Origin: an uncultured Chitinophagales bacterium
Lineage (GTDB): Bacteria > Bacteroidota > Bacteroidia > Chitinophagales > JAHDHT01
Direction of reading: 5' to 3'
Assembly (NCBI GenBank): GCA_938023075.1
Contig: CALHDG010000024.1
Location: 2,050-66,049 of the forward strand
Length of the DNA: 64,000 nt
Under the pieces are notes generated by a model that worked only from the letters and a program-made list of their open reading frames with translations, was not told the DNA's origin and ran no database searches. This document shows, piece by piece, positions 10,010-19,674 of this stretch. The stretch's first letter is position 1. Every line of letters begins with the position of its first letter. The translations under genes and the position numbers were made by a program.

Positions 10010-10122
10010 CAAGTAAATCAATAGTACCTAAAGTTAAAAAAAATGTTCTTATATATCTGCCTTAATCATAAGTATTCAATAATCTATTTCATATAATTAC
10101 CGCTACCACTTGAGTTAATTTG

Positions 10123-11265
10123 CTATCCACCATCATAGGTAATCCGGTAAACAGCGTTGGCAAAATCATCACTAATTAAAAGAGAGCCATCAGGTAATTG
10201 CATTACATCAGCCGGGCGACCCCAAACTTTGCCATCTTGCAGCCAACCTTCGGCAAAAATTTCATAACCCATCGATTGTCCGTTTTCATCTAACCGAACC
10301 ACCGCAACACGATAACCAATTTTTTTGCTTCTGTTCCAACTGCCATGTTCTGCTATAAATATGGCGTTCTGATATTTTTCAGGAAATTGTTTGCCAGTGT
10401 AAAAAGTCATGCCGAGTGGTGCAACGTGCGGTCCGAGATTTTGTACGGGTATAACATAATCATCACAACTTTTCTCTTTACCAAACTTATCATCTAACCA
10501 TTTGCCACTGTGGCAATAGGGGTAACCAAAATGTTGACCTTTTTCTTTCGCTTCATTCAGTTCGCAAAATGGTTTGTCATCGCCCATCCAATCGGTGCCA
10601 TTGTCGGTAAAAAATAAATTGTTGGTAGTAGGGTGAAAATCGAAGCCTACCGAATTTCGAACACCGCTTGCAAAAACTTCTACTTCACTGCCGTCTGCAT
10701 TCATCCGCATAATACTGGCAAAGCGTTCATCTTCTTTATCGCAAATATTACAAGGTGCACCAACGGGAACATATAGTTTACCGTCAGGTCCGAATTTTAG
10801 ATATTTCCAACCATGATGTTCTTCTGTTGGAAAGCTATCATTGATCACTTCAAATTGAGGGTTTTGGTTAATTACATCATCAATGTTACTCACTTTTAAT
10901 ACCCGGTTGATTTCAGAAAAATACAAATCACCTTGATGCCAGGTAATACCGGTTGGTAAGGATAAATCACTAAATAAAGTAATAGTTTGATCAATTACAT
11001 AATCTTCATTTTCATCAATTAAAGCATATACTTTGCCTTCACCACGGCTGCCTGCATAATAAATGGAACGGCTTTCACTTTTGGTGATGGCTCGAATATT
11101 CTCGACATCTTGCACAAAAACCTGTATATTAAAACCATCGGGCATAGCTAGGTTTTCTAAAGGTAAATTCTCTTTAGAAGTATCTGTTTTATGGCATCCA
11201 GCAACCGGGCTCATCATTAGAGCGAACAGTGCGAAATAAAAATGAAATATGCTTGACGAAATCAT
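10123..11265 (-). CDS. PQQ-dependent sugar (sorbosone/aldose) dehydrogenase family lipoprotein
   Basis: 380 aa with a lipoprotein-type signal (SPVAGC). Beta-propeller motifs typical of the soluble glucose/sorbosone dehydrogenase family (HGWKYLKFGPDGKLY, GVRNSVGFDFHP, GYPYCH, GRPADV). Confidence 0.85.
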   Translation of the reverse strand: MISSSIFHFYFALFALMMSPVAGCHKTDTSKENLPLENLAMPDGFNIQVFVQDVENIRAITKSESRSIYYAGSRGEGKVYALIDENEDYVIDQTITLFSDLSLPTGITWHQGDLYFSEINRVLKVSNIDDVINQNPQFEVINDSFPTEEHHGWKYLKFGPDGKLYVPVGAPCNICDKEDERFASIMRMNADGSEVEVFASGVRNSVGFDFHPTTNNLFFTDNGTDWMGDDKPFCELNEAKEKGQHFGYPYCHSGKWLDDKFGKEKSCDDYVIPVQNLGPHVAPLGMTFYTGKQFPEKYQNAIFIAEHGSWNRSKKIGYRVAVVRLDENGQSMGYEIFAEGWLQDGKVWGRPADVMQLPDGSLLISDDFANAVYRITYDGG

Positions 11266-11404
11266 GTTTAATTTAAGTTAGGATGTTAAAGTACTAAATT
11301 TTTTTTATTCAGACCGGTAGTTAAGACGGTTGAAGGTTTTAGACCAGTAGCCCCACTCTAAAATTCTTATTCGTTTCTCTTTAAATGACATTGCAAAACG
11401 ATTT

Positions 11405-12643
11405 TTACCATTGCGGTAAAATTTTAAATAAAGTAAGTATTTTGAAAATTCCCACAAATATACTCGACAGTACAAAAACATACAACAGTGTTTTCCCTCC
11501 ACCAACGGTATATGAGTTTTGTTTGGTAGTACTTCTTAACTTTTGCATCATAAAAAAAGGAATGATGAAAAAGGCAATGATAATGACCAAACCGGCAAAA
11601 CCGATAGCTGCAATAAATCCATTAGGGAAAAAGAAACTGGCAAAACCTGAAGGTAAAAAGGCAAGGCAGGCAGTTTTAAACCGTCCAGAGGCATTATTCG
11701 TAAAAGCAAATTTATCAGCAATGTAATCAAACAAGCTTAAGCCAACGCCTAAAAATGAACTAATGATTGCCAGATTGGAAAAAAGATGTAATAAGAAACT
11801 ACTAATAGATTGGTGGTTGGTTGGATCAAAGGCTTTCACTAAATTTCCAATATTACCGCCTGCTTTGTTGATGGCAATAAATTCTTCACGCGAGATATTG
11901 CCAAAAGTGACCACAATAAATAAGGTGTAGACTAACAGCGCAATGAATGATCCACCAAATAAACTTCTTTTAATCGTAGTAGGGTTTTTCCCATAAAATT
12001 TATATAAACTGGGTACAACTGTAACAAAACCAAAAGCGGTTATAAAATAGGGTAGAGCTCCCCATATGTAAGATATATAGTTGGTGTTTTTATTATCAAT
12101 GTTCCATAAGTTACTGGCGTCAATTTGAAAGGAGTAACCCAACATAGCCAATAGAAAAGCTATCATCATCGCTACCACTAAAATAGTTGACAAACGACCA
12201 ACAGCAGCTGTACTCAACCATATAACGAATGCTAAAATACCACCCAACAATAAACTAGCAAGCCCTTGTAACCAAGCATAGGTTTCAAATACTGACCAAC
12301 CCAGTGTTTTAGTTACCATATTGCCAAAAGCACTATAATAGGCATATAACAAAATGTACAATAAAAAGGCGATTAGCAAACTAAAGAACATGTTCCAAAT
12401 TTTGCCCAATGTTTGGGTGATAATGGTATTGAAACTTTCACCGAGTTCAAAATGTGCATTGGCTTCTAAAATGTATAAAGCCGATTGATAATTTAACCAC
12501 CAAACAAACAATAAACAGACTAAACTATAGCCAAACCACATACCTGAAGCAACAACCGGCAATGAAAACATGCCCGCACCGATAGTACATCCGGCAGTGA
12601 TCATTATACCGGCAAAGGCAGATTGGTTATTGGTTTTATTCAT
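11405..12643 (-). CDS. aromatic amino acid permease (TyrP/Mtr-like, HAAAP family)
   Basis: 412-aa polytopic membrane protein. The N-terminal motif AGCTIGAGMFSLPVVASG matches the TyrP/Mtr/TnaB signature. Confidence 0.85.
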   Translation of the reverse strand: MNKTNNQSAFAGIMITAGCTIGAGMFSLPVVASGMWFGYSLVCLLFVWWLNYQSALYILEANAHFELGESFNTIITQTLGKIWNMFFSLLIAFLLYILLYAYYSAFGNMVTKTLGWSVFETYAWLQGLASLLLGGILAFVIWLSTAAVGRLSTILVVAMMIAFLLAMLGYSFQIDASNLWNIDNKNTNYISYIWGALPYFITAFGFVTVVPSLYKFYGKNPTTIKRSLFGGSFIALLVYTLFIVVTFGNISREEFIAINKAGGNIGNLVKAFDPTNHQSISSFLLHLFSNLAIISSFLGVGLSLFDYIADKFAFTNNASGRFKTACLAFLPSGFASFFFPNGFIAAIGFAGLVIIIAFFIIPFFMMQKLRSTTKQNSYTVGGGKTLLYVFVLSSIFVGIFKILTLFKILPQW

Positions 12644-12772
12644 TTTGAATGAAAGAAAGGGAATTTTGATGAATAATTTTAGTTTGAATTTGTTTTAAGT
12701 CTTAATTAGCTGTAAAAATTTACTTCAAGAAGAATTTAGAAATAAAGCTGAGCTTATAAAACGGGTAATCAC

Positions 12773-13660
12773 TCAAAATTGCTTGCCACCCATAAATGTA
12801 TTTTCCGCTTCTTTACAGCGATGTTCCAACATAAATACTTTAGGATTTTTGCCGGTCAAATTTTTGAAGGTACGGCTAAAGTAGGAGATATCGTTAAAAC
12901 CACTTTCATAGCCAATGGTGGAAATGTTTTTGTGCGAATGCATAATTAAATCGCAGGCATGGTTAACCCGAATACTATTTACAATTTCAGAAAACGTTTT
13001 TTTGGTGTGTTTTTTTAAGAATCGGCAAAAAGAAGATTTGGTCATTGACACTAACTTTGCAGCTTCCTCCAAAGCAATTTTTTGTTGATAGTTTTCTAAG
13101 ATGTAATGATATACCACTCGAATGCGCTTTAACTCGTTCATTCTCATATCTGGCTGAAAACTAGGGTTGGTGATAAAACTACATTCATCAGATGTAGCTA
13201 AGTAATTTAATAATTTTAAAAGTTTTAATATTTTAGCAAAACCTGTTAACTGAAATAATTGTTTGGCAAATTGTTTTGCTTTTAATTGGGTTTTACCATG
13301 AAATTGAATGCCGCGTTTGGCTTTGGTAAAGAGTTCTTTAATAATATGAGTTTCCGGTTTTTCCAGAAATTCCAAACCCAGAAAGCTTTCTTGTAGTTGT
13401 ATAACAATTTGTTTCGATTCCATTTCCGTTATAAAACCATGTGGTAAGTTAGCTCCAAATATCACTACATCATTAATCAAATAGTCAGAAATGTCATTGC
13501 CAACGAAACGTTTGCCTTCACTTTTTAAAGTCACACAAATTTCTATTTCAGGATGAAAATGCCAGGCTTCCTTTAAGGTTGGGCGTTGAGGTCTTTCTAC
13601 TGTTTTTGTGATAAATGAATGGAGGGGGCGATTCTGTATTTTTTCATATTCCGGTTTCAT
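12773..13660 (-). CDS. AraC-family transcriptional regulator
   Basis: 295 aa with an N-terminal cupin-like sensor and a C-terminal double HTH (EEAAKLVSMTKSSFCRFLKKHT...GYESGFNDISYFSRTFK). Confidence 0.9.
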   Translation of the reverse strand: MKPEYEKIQNRPLHSFITKTVERPQRPTLKEAWHFHPEIEICVTLKSEGKRFVGNDISDYLINDVVIFGANLPHGFITEMESKQIVIQLQESFLGLEFLEKPETHIIKELFTKAKRGIQFHGKTQLKAKQFAKQLFQLTGFAKILKLLKLLNYLATSDECSFITNPSFQPDMRMNELKRIRVVYHYILENYQQKIALEEAAKLVSMTKSSFCRFLKKHTKKTFSEIVNSIRVNHACDLIMHSHKNISTIGYESGFNDISYFSRTFKNLTGKNPKVFMLEHRCKEAENTFMGGKQF

Positions 13661-13987
13661 ATGTCAATATATTATAGAATTAGCACATCCAAGTTCTGTT
13701 AATCAGAATAGACTATTTTGGGTTAAATTATTAAAAAAATAAAAACAATAGACAATATAGTCCAAAAATTGGGAAAAATACTTCAAATAACTGAAAATTA
13801 TGAAAGTGTATCTTTATAGCGTAATACTTTTGTAAGAAAAAGTTTACTGGTATTTTAATTTGAAAGCCATCATTTGTAAAATTATGAAAATTGATTCATC
13901 CACTTTCAGTGTTATCAAAAGGTTTTTCAAAGAGAAATAATACTATTTTAGTAGTTAGACAAGTTGACAGTATGAGCTTGATTGATA

Positions 13988-14120
13988 CATAGGAATGATG
14001 AAAAAATAAATGTTCAAATTTTAGCAAAGAGATTTTTTGATATACAAGTTAAAAAACGCAGGCTTAGTGGTGCTAAGACGAGTATTTTTAATGAAGTAGA
14101 TCGGAAAATCTCAAAGGTAA
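13988..14120 (+). repeat. family-C intergenic element, copy 2
   Basis: Aligns to 9023-9155. Lies about 75 nt upstream of the TonB-dependent receptor start. Confidence 0.6.
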
Positions 14121-14198
14121 AAATGGGCAGTTATTTTTGAATTATTCCATAGCTTTAAGAATGATCAAAACCAATTTTTATACTTATAAAGTAATATT

Positions 14199-16787
14199 AT
14201 GAAATTATTGTACAATCTAAAAAGGCTAATTGGCATTCTTCTTATTGTATTTAGTTGTGTGTTGGCTTATAGTCAGAGCACAGTTAGTGGTACGGTTACC
14301 GACAACGATGGAGTACCGCTTATTGGAGTAAACATTTTTTTAACGGGAACTGATTTAGGAACGGTTACCGATTTAAATGGAAAATATTCTATCAACGTTC
14401 CAGATGAGGGAGGTGTATTAGTCTTTTCTTATATTGGTTACAGCATTGTAAAACGACCCATATCAGCTAGTTCCAAAAATTCCGTTCAAGATGTGGTGAT
14501 GGGAACCGATGGCTTAGCTTTAGATGAAGTAGTCGTAACCGGCACCTTTACCGGAAGAACGCAAAAAGAAGCACCGATGTCTTTAACTAAATTAAATCCA
14601 GAACAGTTAGGTTATTTAAACAACAACTCTCAGGCAGATGTATTGAGAGTAGTGCCCGGTATAACTGCCGAAGGTGGTGGTGGTGAAGTAGCGACTAACT
14701 TGTTTGTAAGAGGCTTCCCTTCTGGTGGACAATACGCTTTTACACCACTTCAAATTGATGGTATTCCTATATTAAGTACTTTCGGTTTAAACTCTTCAGC
14801 ACACGATGTATTTTTTAGAAATGATATTGGGATAAGAGATTTAGAGTTTGTGCGTGGTGGTGCCTCTACCCTTTTTGGCGCAGGTAGTGTAGCCGGTATT
14901 GTTAACTATAATAGTTATCGGGGCTCTGCCAATCCTAAAAACAAGGTACAGTTAGAGTGGGCACAAGGCGGACGAGCAAGAGTAGATATGTTGACCTCCG
15001 GTCCTTTAGCCGAAAATTTGTTTTATGCTGTTTCTGCTTTTTATCGTTATGATGAAGGTCCCTTAGAAACCGGCATGCCAACACGCGGTTATCAAATTAG
15101 AGGTAATGTTAAAAAGGTATTTAATGAAGGCAATAGTTCCGTTACTTTATTAACTCAGTTAATTGATGATAATGTACAGTTTTATTTACCTTATCCTTTA
15201 GATAATTCAAACGATGAACGCTTGCGACCAATAGGAAATGATGGTGAGCCGATATATACCATGCTTTCTGGTCAGTTAAGAGATTTTTCTTTTGATACGC
15301 CATTTGGAACCTTTAAATCTCCAATAGGAGATGGGGTAACAACTAACGGAGGTTTTGTAATGTTAGACCTAAAACATGCTTTTGGAGACAATTGGTTGCT
15401 AAGCTCCAAAGCTAAAGCTGCCAGTTATGAGCATTGGTTTAATTTGTTTTTAGATGGCGATGGATCTCACAATACACCAGAAACACAAACTTCTTATCTC
15501 GGAGATAGAGGTTTAGCTAGTGGTTCTTTTTCTTTTGCAGATAATGGACAATCTTTAGCCAGCAACGATCTATTATTCGAAAACAGAGTGTTAGATCGTC
15601 AACGGGATATGGAAGAGTTGGTTGGAGAAATTAACCTGACAAAAACGGTAGATATCCACAACATTACTTTTGGTACTTTTTTAGCCAATACTAAAGCCTT
15701 AGATAATAATTGGATACATAATGTACTTGGAGATTTTTCGAATTCACCAAGGGCAGTTAGCTTAAATGGAGTTGATAGTGCTGGTGTAAATGTTGTACAT
15801 GCAACGGCTGGTTATGTAAATGGCTCGGGTAGACAAACTGCCAACAAAACCCTTTCGAGTTCAAAAATTGCATTTTATGCAGCCGATGAAATTAAAGGAG
15901 ACAACTGGAGTGTAGATGCCGGAATACGTTGGGAAAGGGCAAGTGGAAATGTTAGTTTAGAAGATGGTATTGGCTCTAATGTATTTAACAAAGCCATTGT
16001 TAGTGCAAGTGATGTAGCTATTGCCTTAGCTGGTTTATATAAATTGAATGAAAGCCTTAATGTTTATGCTAACTTTTCAAGAGGCTATTTCTTCCCTCAA
16101 TTACGTTCATTAAAATTTGATAATGGTGCCGTACAATCGTATGAAACTGAAAATGTAATACAAGGTGAACTAGGTGTAAAATATGGAGCCGAGAAATTAG
16201 CCGGTACTGCTGCGGTTTTCTTCAATAATTTAACAGATAGAAGAAATGTTGATATTGTTAATGATGGGCAAGGTGGTATTACCGAATTGATACAATTGCA
16301 AGATACCCGCGCTTTTGGTATTGAGGCTAATGTTAATTATAATGTAACCAAGGGCATAGACTTGTTTGGCAATTTAACGTTTCAAGATCATCAATTTACA
16401 AAAGTGGAAGGTAATGATGAACAAGTTGGTAACAGCATAGCTCGTATACCAAACATAATGGGTTTAATTGGTTTAAACGTAAACAAATCTGGCTTCGATG
16501 CCAACTTAACTTCTAATTTTTTAGGCAGTAAGTTTGCCAACAATAGCAATAATGTTGAGTTAGAAGGTTTCAACATTGTTCGCTTAGATGCCGGCTACAC
16601 CTTTGGTTTAGGGGATGGTAATGAAACTGCCAGAATTGGTATTGGTGTATTTAATTTATTAGATGCTGCTGGTGTTACGGAGGGTTCGCCGAGACAGGGG
16701 AATAGTCAAATATCTGGTGGTGAATTTTTTGTTGGTCGCCCTATTTTACCAAGAAGGATATTTTTGAGATTGGGATTTGATTTTTAG
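14199..16787 (+). CDS. TonB-dependent receptor with N-terminal carboxypeptidase-regulatory-like domain
   Basis: 862 aa with a signal peptide. CarbopepD_reg-like segment (VSGTVTDNDGVPLIGVNIFL...GKYSI), a plug region, and a C-terminal barrel ending in aromatic F. Confidence 0.9.
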   Translation: MKLLYNLKRLIGILLIVFSCVLAYSQSTVSGTVTDNDGVPLIGVNIFLTGTDLGTVTDLNGKYSINVPDEGGVLVFSYIGYSIVKRPISASSKNSVQDVVMGTDGLALDEVVVTGTFTGRTQKEAPMSLTKLNPEQLGYLNNNSQADVLRVVPGITAEGGGGEVATNLFVRGFPSGGQYAFTPLQIDGIPILSTFGLNSSAHDVFFRNDIGIRDLEFVRGGASTLFGAGSVAGIVNYNSYRGSANPKNKVQLEWAQGGRARVDMLTSGPLAENLFYAVSAFYRYDEGPLETGMPTRGYQIRGNVKKVFNEGNSSVTLLTQLIDDNVQFYLPYPLDNSNDERLRPIGNDGEPIYTMLSGQLRDFSFDTPFGTFKSPIGDGVTTNGGFVMLDLKHAFGDNWLLSSKAKAASYEHWFNLFLDGDGSHNTPETQTSYLGDRGLASGSFSFADNGQSLASNDLLFENRVLDRQRDMEELVGEINLTKTVDIHNITFGTFLANTKALDNNWIHNVLGDFSNSPRAVSLNGVDSAGVNVVHATAGYVNGSGRQTANKTLSSSKIAFYAADEIKGDNWSVDAGIRWERASGNVSLEDGIGSNVFNKAIVSASDVAIALAGLYKLNESLNVYANFSRGYFFPQLRSLKFDNGAVQSYETENVIQGELGVKYGAEKLAGTAAVFFNNLTDRRNVDIVNDGQGGITELIQLQDTRAFGIEANVNYNVTKGIDLFGNLTFQDHQFTKVEGNDEQVGNSIARIPNIMGLIGLNVNKSGFDANLTSNFLGSKFANNSNNVELEGFNIVRLDAGYTFGLGDGNETARIGIGVFNLLDAAGVTEGSPRQGNSQISGGEFFVGRPILPRRIFLRLGFDF

Positions 16788-16860
16788 AAAAGAAAATGAT
16801 ACTATTGAGAATTTGGGAGAAACTGTTTTCTATGTGTCGCCAAATATATTTAGGATATGT

Positions 16861-16947
16861 TTGGGGATGGCAGAGCGGTTTAATGCAGTAGTTTGAAAAT
16901 CTACCGTACTTTAAAAGGTACCGGGGGTTCGAATCCCTCTCCCACCG
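16861..16947 (+). tRNA. type-II (Ser-like) tRNA-like gene with anomalous anticodon loop and weak acceptor stem; possibly a pseudo-tRNA
   Basis: T-arm ggggg-ttcgaat-ccctc (16923-16939). Long variable arm gtac-tttaaaag-gtac. Ser-like D-arm TG-GCA-GAGCGGTTTAA-TGC. Anticodon stem gtag(t)/(t)ctac with 7-nt loop ttGAAaa, which reads anticodon GAA. Only 4 of 7 acceptor pairs form as I read it (ttgggga vs tcccacc). Discriminator is G and no CCA is encoded. Confidence 0.55.
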
Positions 16948-16965
16948 CAATATAAACTTATATTG

Positions 16966-16993
16966 AAGGGGATGAATATAATTTCATCCCCTT
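16966..16993 (+). other. 11-bp stem-loop immediately downstream of the tRNA-like gene
   Basis: aaggggatgaa / ttcatcccctt with loop tataat. No clear T-run follows. It overlaps the 5' extension of the 16963 ORF, which argues for the later ATG at 17014. Confidence 0.4.
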
Positions 16994-17013
16994 ATGGTTT
17001 CAAGAAGAGCATA

Positions 17014-17757
17014 ATGAAAAAAAAAGATAGTCAAATCATTAAATTTTACGGTGGAGATAATCCTGAACTCTTTGAGATTGAACGAAGATGCATGGATAGA
17101 GCAGGTAAAGTGGTCGCCTATCTTGATTCAAAACTTCCATCATCTGGAAAAGTGCTTGACGTAGGAGCAGGAAATGGTTTTACCGCAGAAAAGTTGAGTA
17201 GAGATAGTCGTCGAGTTGTGGCTATGGAACCAGATGAAAAAATGATTGATCCCTCAAAGGATATAATTTGGGTAAAAGGTGCAGCACAAGAGATGCCCTT
17301 CCATGCTAACGTATTTGATGCAGCCTATTCTACTTGGGCTTTTTTCTTTCCTTCATTTAATAAAGAAAGAACCCATGTTGGACTAAATGAACTTAATAAA
17401 GTAGTTAAAAAAGGAGGTGCTATTTTAATAGTTGATAATGTCGACGATGATGAGTTTAGTGCATTAGCAGAAAAAGATATTGGAAGCATGAAAGCCGATT
17501 TAGAATTTTGGACATCTGTAAATTTTAAATCCACTATCATTGAATCACATTTTAAAGTTGATTCTATAGAAGAAGCACAAAAACTTTTAGGTTTCTATTT
17601 TGGAGAAAAAGGATATCAGATTAATAAAACTGAAATTGAATATAAATTGTTGTTTACGAAGGAATATCTAACGGAAAGTAAACTTTGGGTTGATTTGATG
17701 GAGGTCAATGCAGAAACATCTTTTCAAAATTTGTATTTTTGGAATTATATTTTTTAA
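17014..17757 (+). CDS. class I SAM-dependent methyltransferase
   Basis: Motif I VLDVGAGNGFTA and post-I/II motifs (VVAMEPDEKMI, FDAAYSTWAFFF). I prefer ATG 17014 over the TTG at 16963 listed in the ORF track. Confidence 0.8.
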   Translation: MKKKDSQIIKFYGGDNPELFEIERRCMDRAGKVVAYLDSKLPSSGKVLDVGAGNGFTAEKLSRDSRRVVAMEPDEKMIDPSKDIIWVKGAAQEMPFHANVFDAAYSTWAFFFPSFNKERTHVGLNELNKVVKKGGAILIVDNVDDDEFSALAEKDIGSMKADLEFWTSVNFKSTIIESHFKVDSIEEAQKLLGFYFGEKGYQINKTEIEYKLLFTKEYLTESKLWVDLMEVNAETSFQNLYFWNYIF

Positions 17758-17761
17758 TCCA

Positions 17762-19414
17762 ATGACGTGGAGCGAAACCAGTAATAGAGAATTTAAGAGC
17801 TTAAAGAAGGCAATAGGCTCAAAGTCAAATGTTTCTTCATTAGCTGAAACTTGTGTTTGCTTTGCGAATGCACAGGGTGGTACGCTTGTAATTGGTATTG
17901 AAGATAGAGATACCAACCCTCCTCCTAAACAAAAAATAGACATTGTTAAGATGAACAAGGTTGTTGCAAGACTTAGAAATCTGACAAACGGAGTTGGTTT
18001 CGTAAACCCACAAATACACAAACACGAAAATGGTGGAGAATATTTTTCTTTGAGAATACTACCTTCAACTAGAGTTATTGCTACTACATCTTCTGGTAAG
18101 GTTTTGATAAGAGTTACCGATAATTGTTATGCTGTTGGCAGTGAAGAGCTAACAGATTTGGCTGCTGAAAAAAATGCATTTCAATGGGAGTTGGTAGTTC
18201 GAAGTATGAAACTAGATAAAGCAGATCAAACACAAATTGAATTTTTTATTAGTAATATTTTAAGATCAGAAAGAGCTTCTGAATTCATAAGGAATAAGTC
18301 TACTAAGGAGATTCTCGAATTTTATCAACTGATAAGTGAAGATGGTTTTTTAACAAATTTAGGTGTTTTATGGTTGGGTTCACCGACACAACGCGCAAGG
18401 CTATCATACCCAGTAACTTTTCAATATTTAGTTTACAATAATAATTATGATAAGATAAGGGAAAAAAAGTGGCATTTTCATTTACACAACCCAATGCAAC
18501 TTTTATTGGAAATAGAAAAAGAAGCTGTCGAACTTACTTATAGTACAGAATTATCGAATGGTCTTTTCAGAGATACAGTTTTGAATTATCCCAAAGAAGT
18601 AATTAGAGAACTTTTGGTAAATGCTATTGCACATAAAAGATATACCACATCAGGAGATATTTTTCTTGAAGTTTACCCGGATCGAATTGTACTTACTAAT
18701 CCGGGTAGCTTACCTTTAGGAATCACTAAAAACAATATTTTACACGAACGAAACCCTAGAAATCCTCATATAATAAAAACACTACACGATTTAAAGTTAA
18801 TGGAAGGTGAGGGTTCAGGATATGATCTCATTTATGAGAAGCTTAGTCGGGATGCCAAAAGACTTCCTGTTATAGAAAGTACATTTTCGAAGACTACTGT
18901 TACAGTTTACTCAACTATAATTGATGAAGAGGCGATATCTGTTATTGATTACATTAATAACTATTATATTTTGAACCAAAAAGAAAATATAACCCTTGGT
19001 ATAATTGCAATGGAAAAGAAAATACTCTCTACTCAATTGTCAAAGAAGTTACAACTTAATCAGGAAGATAAACTTAAATACTGGATTAGAAAATTATTAG
19101 AAAAGGGAATAATTATATCAAGAGGTGAAAAAAAAGCAACAGAATATCTTTTAAATCCAGAAGTGTTTTCGCAGGCGAAATTAAACTTAAAACCTAGTTT
19201 AAAAACTATTGAACCACATAAATTAAAAGCATTGATTGTTGAAGATTTGAAATATAATGATTTAAGTAAGATGGTTGATATTCAGGAAAGATTAAAAGAA
19301 GCATTGCCTAATGACATTCAAAAAATAGTTTATAAAATGGTAGAAAGTGGTGAATTAGTAACAACTGGAGCTAAAAAGAACAGAACTTATGGAATTCCAA
19401 AAAAAAATAAATAA
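17762..19414 (+). CDS. AlbA_2 (Schlafen-type divergent AAA) + HATPase_c_4 domain protein, putative DNA-binding/ATP-binding regulator
   Basis: N-terminal WSETSNREFKSLKK...CFANAQGGTLVIGIED is the AlbA_2 signature. The central LLVNAIAHKRYTTSGDIFLEVYPDRIVLTNPGSLP is the HATPase_c_4 / RecG-C-like signature. ATG 17762 avoids overlap with the upstream stop. Confidence 0.8.
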   Translation: MTWSETSNREFKSLKKAIGSKSNVSSLAETCVCFANAQGGTLVIGIEDRDTNPPPKQKIDIVKMNKVVARLRNLTNGVGFVNPQIHKHENGGEYFSLRILPSTRVIATTSSGKVLIRVTDNCYAVGSEELTDLAAEKNAFQWELVVRSMKLDKADQTQIEFFISNILRSERASEFIRNKSTKEILEFYQLISEDGFLTNLGVLWLGSPTQRARLSYPVTFQYLVYNNNYDKIREKKWHFHLHNPMQLLLEIEKEAVELTYSTELSNGLFRDTVLNYPKEVIRELLVNAIAHKRYTTSGDIFLEVYPDRIVLTNPGSLPLGITKNNILHERNPRNPHIIKTLHDLKLMEGEGSGYDLIYEKLSRDAKRLPVIESTFSKTTVTVYSTIIDEEAISVIDYINNYYILNQKENITLGIIAMEKKILSTQLSKKLQLNQEDKLKYWIRKLLEKGIIISRGEKKATEYLLNPEVFSQAKLNLKPSLKTIEPHKLKALIVEDLKYNDLSKMVDIQERLKEALPNDIQKIVYKMVESGELVTTGAKKNRTYGIPKKNK

Positions 19415-19473
19415 AAAATAAAATCGAAAACAAACAGCATAACTCATTGATTATCAATGTTAATTTTATTTTT
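19392..19473 (+). repeat. direct repeat copy 1 (includes last codons and stop of the AlbA_2 gene)
   Basis: gaattcc-A9-taaataaaaaataaaatcgaaaacaaacagcataactcattgattatcaatgttaattttattttt. Confidence 0.7.
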
Positions 19474-19531
19474 AGGTATGAAATTATCAGAAATAAACAG
19501 TAAATAATTGATGAAATGCCTGTTATTCATC

Positions 19532-19612
19532 GAATCCAAAAAAAAATAAATAAAAAATAAAATCAGAAATAAATAACGTAACTCATTGATTATCAACAAT
19601 AATTTTATTTTT
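19532..19612 (+). repeat. direct repeat copy 2
   Basis: gaatcc-A9-taaataaaaaataaaatcagaaataaataacgtaactcattgattatcaacaataattttattttt. Roughly 85% identical to copy 1 by eye, 58 nt downstream of it. Confidence 0.7.
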
Positions 19613-19674
19613 CCCTTACATAAAATCGAAAATAAAATGCTGTTAAAAGAAGAGTTCATAATTCATAATTACTT

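Noticed and set aside
11305-11730. ORFs 11305..11505(-), 11385..11726(+), 11548..11730(-) at the 3' end of the permease gene
   Set aside because: They overlap the well-supported aromatic amino acid permease CDS or its immediate flank, and no independent evidence supports them.
16741-16950. 69-aa minus-strand ORF (MRWERDSNPRY...)
   Set aside because: It is the antisense translation of the tRNA-like gene. The WERDSNP peptide is the usual signature of a reversed T-arm.
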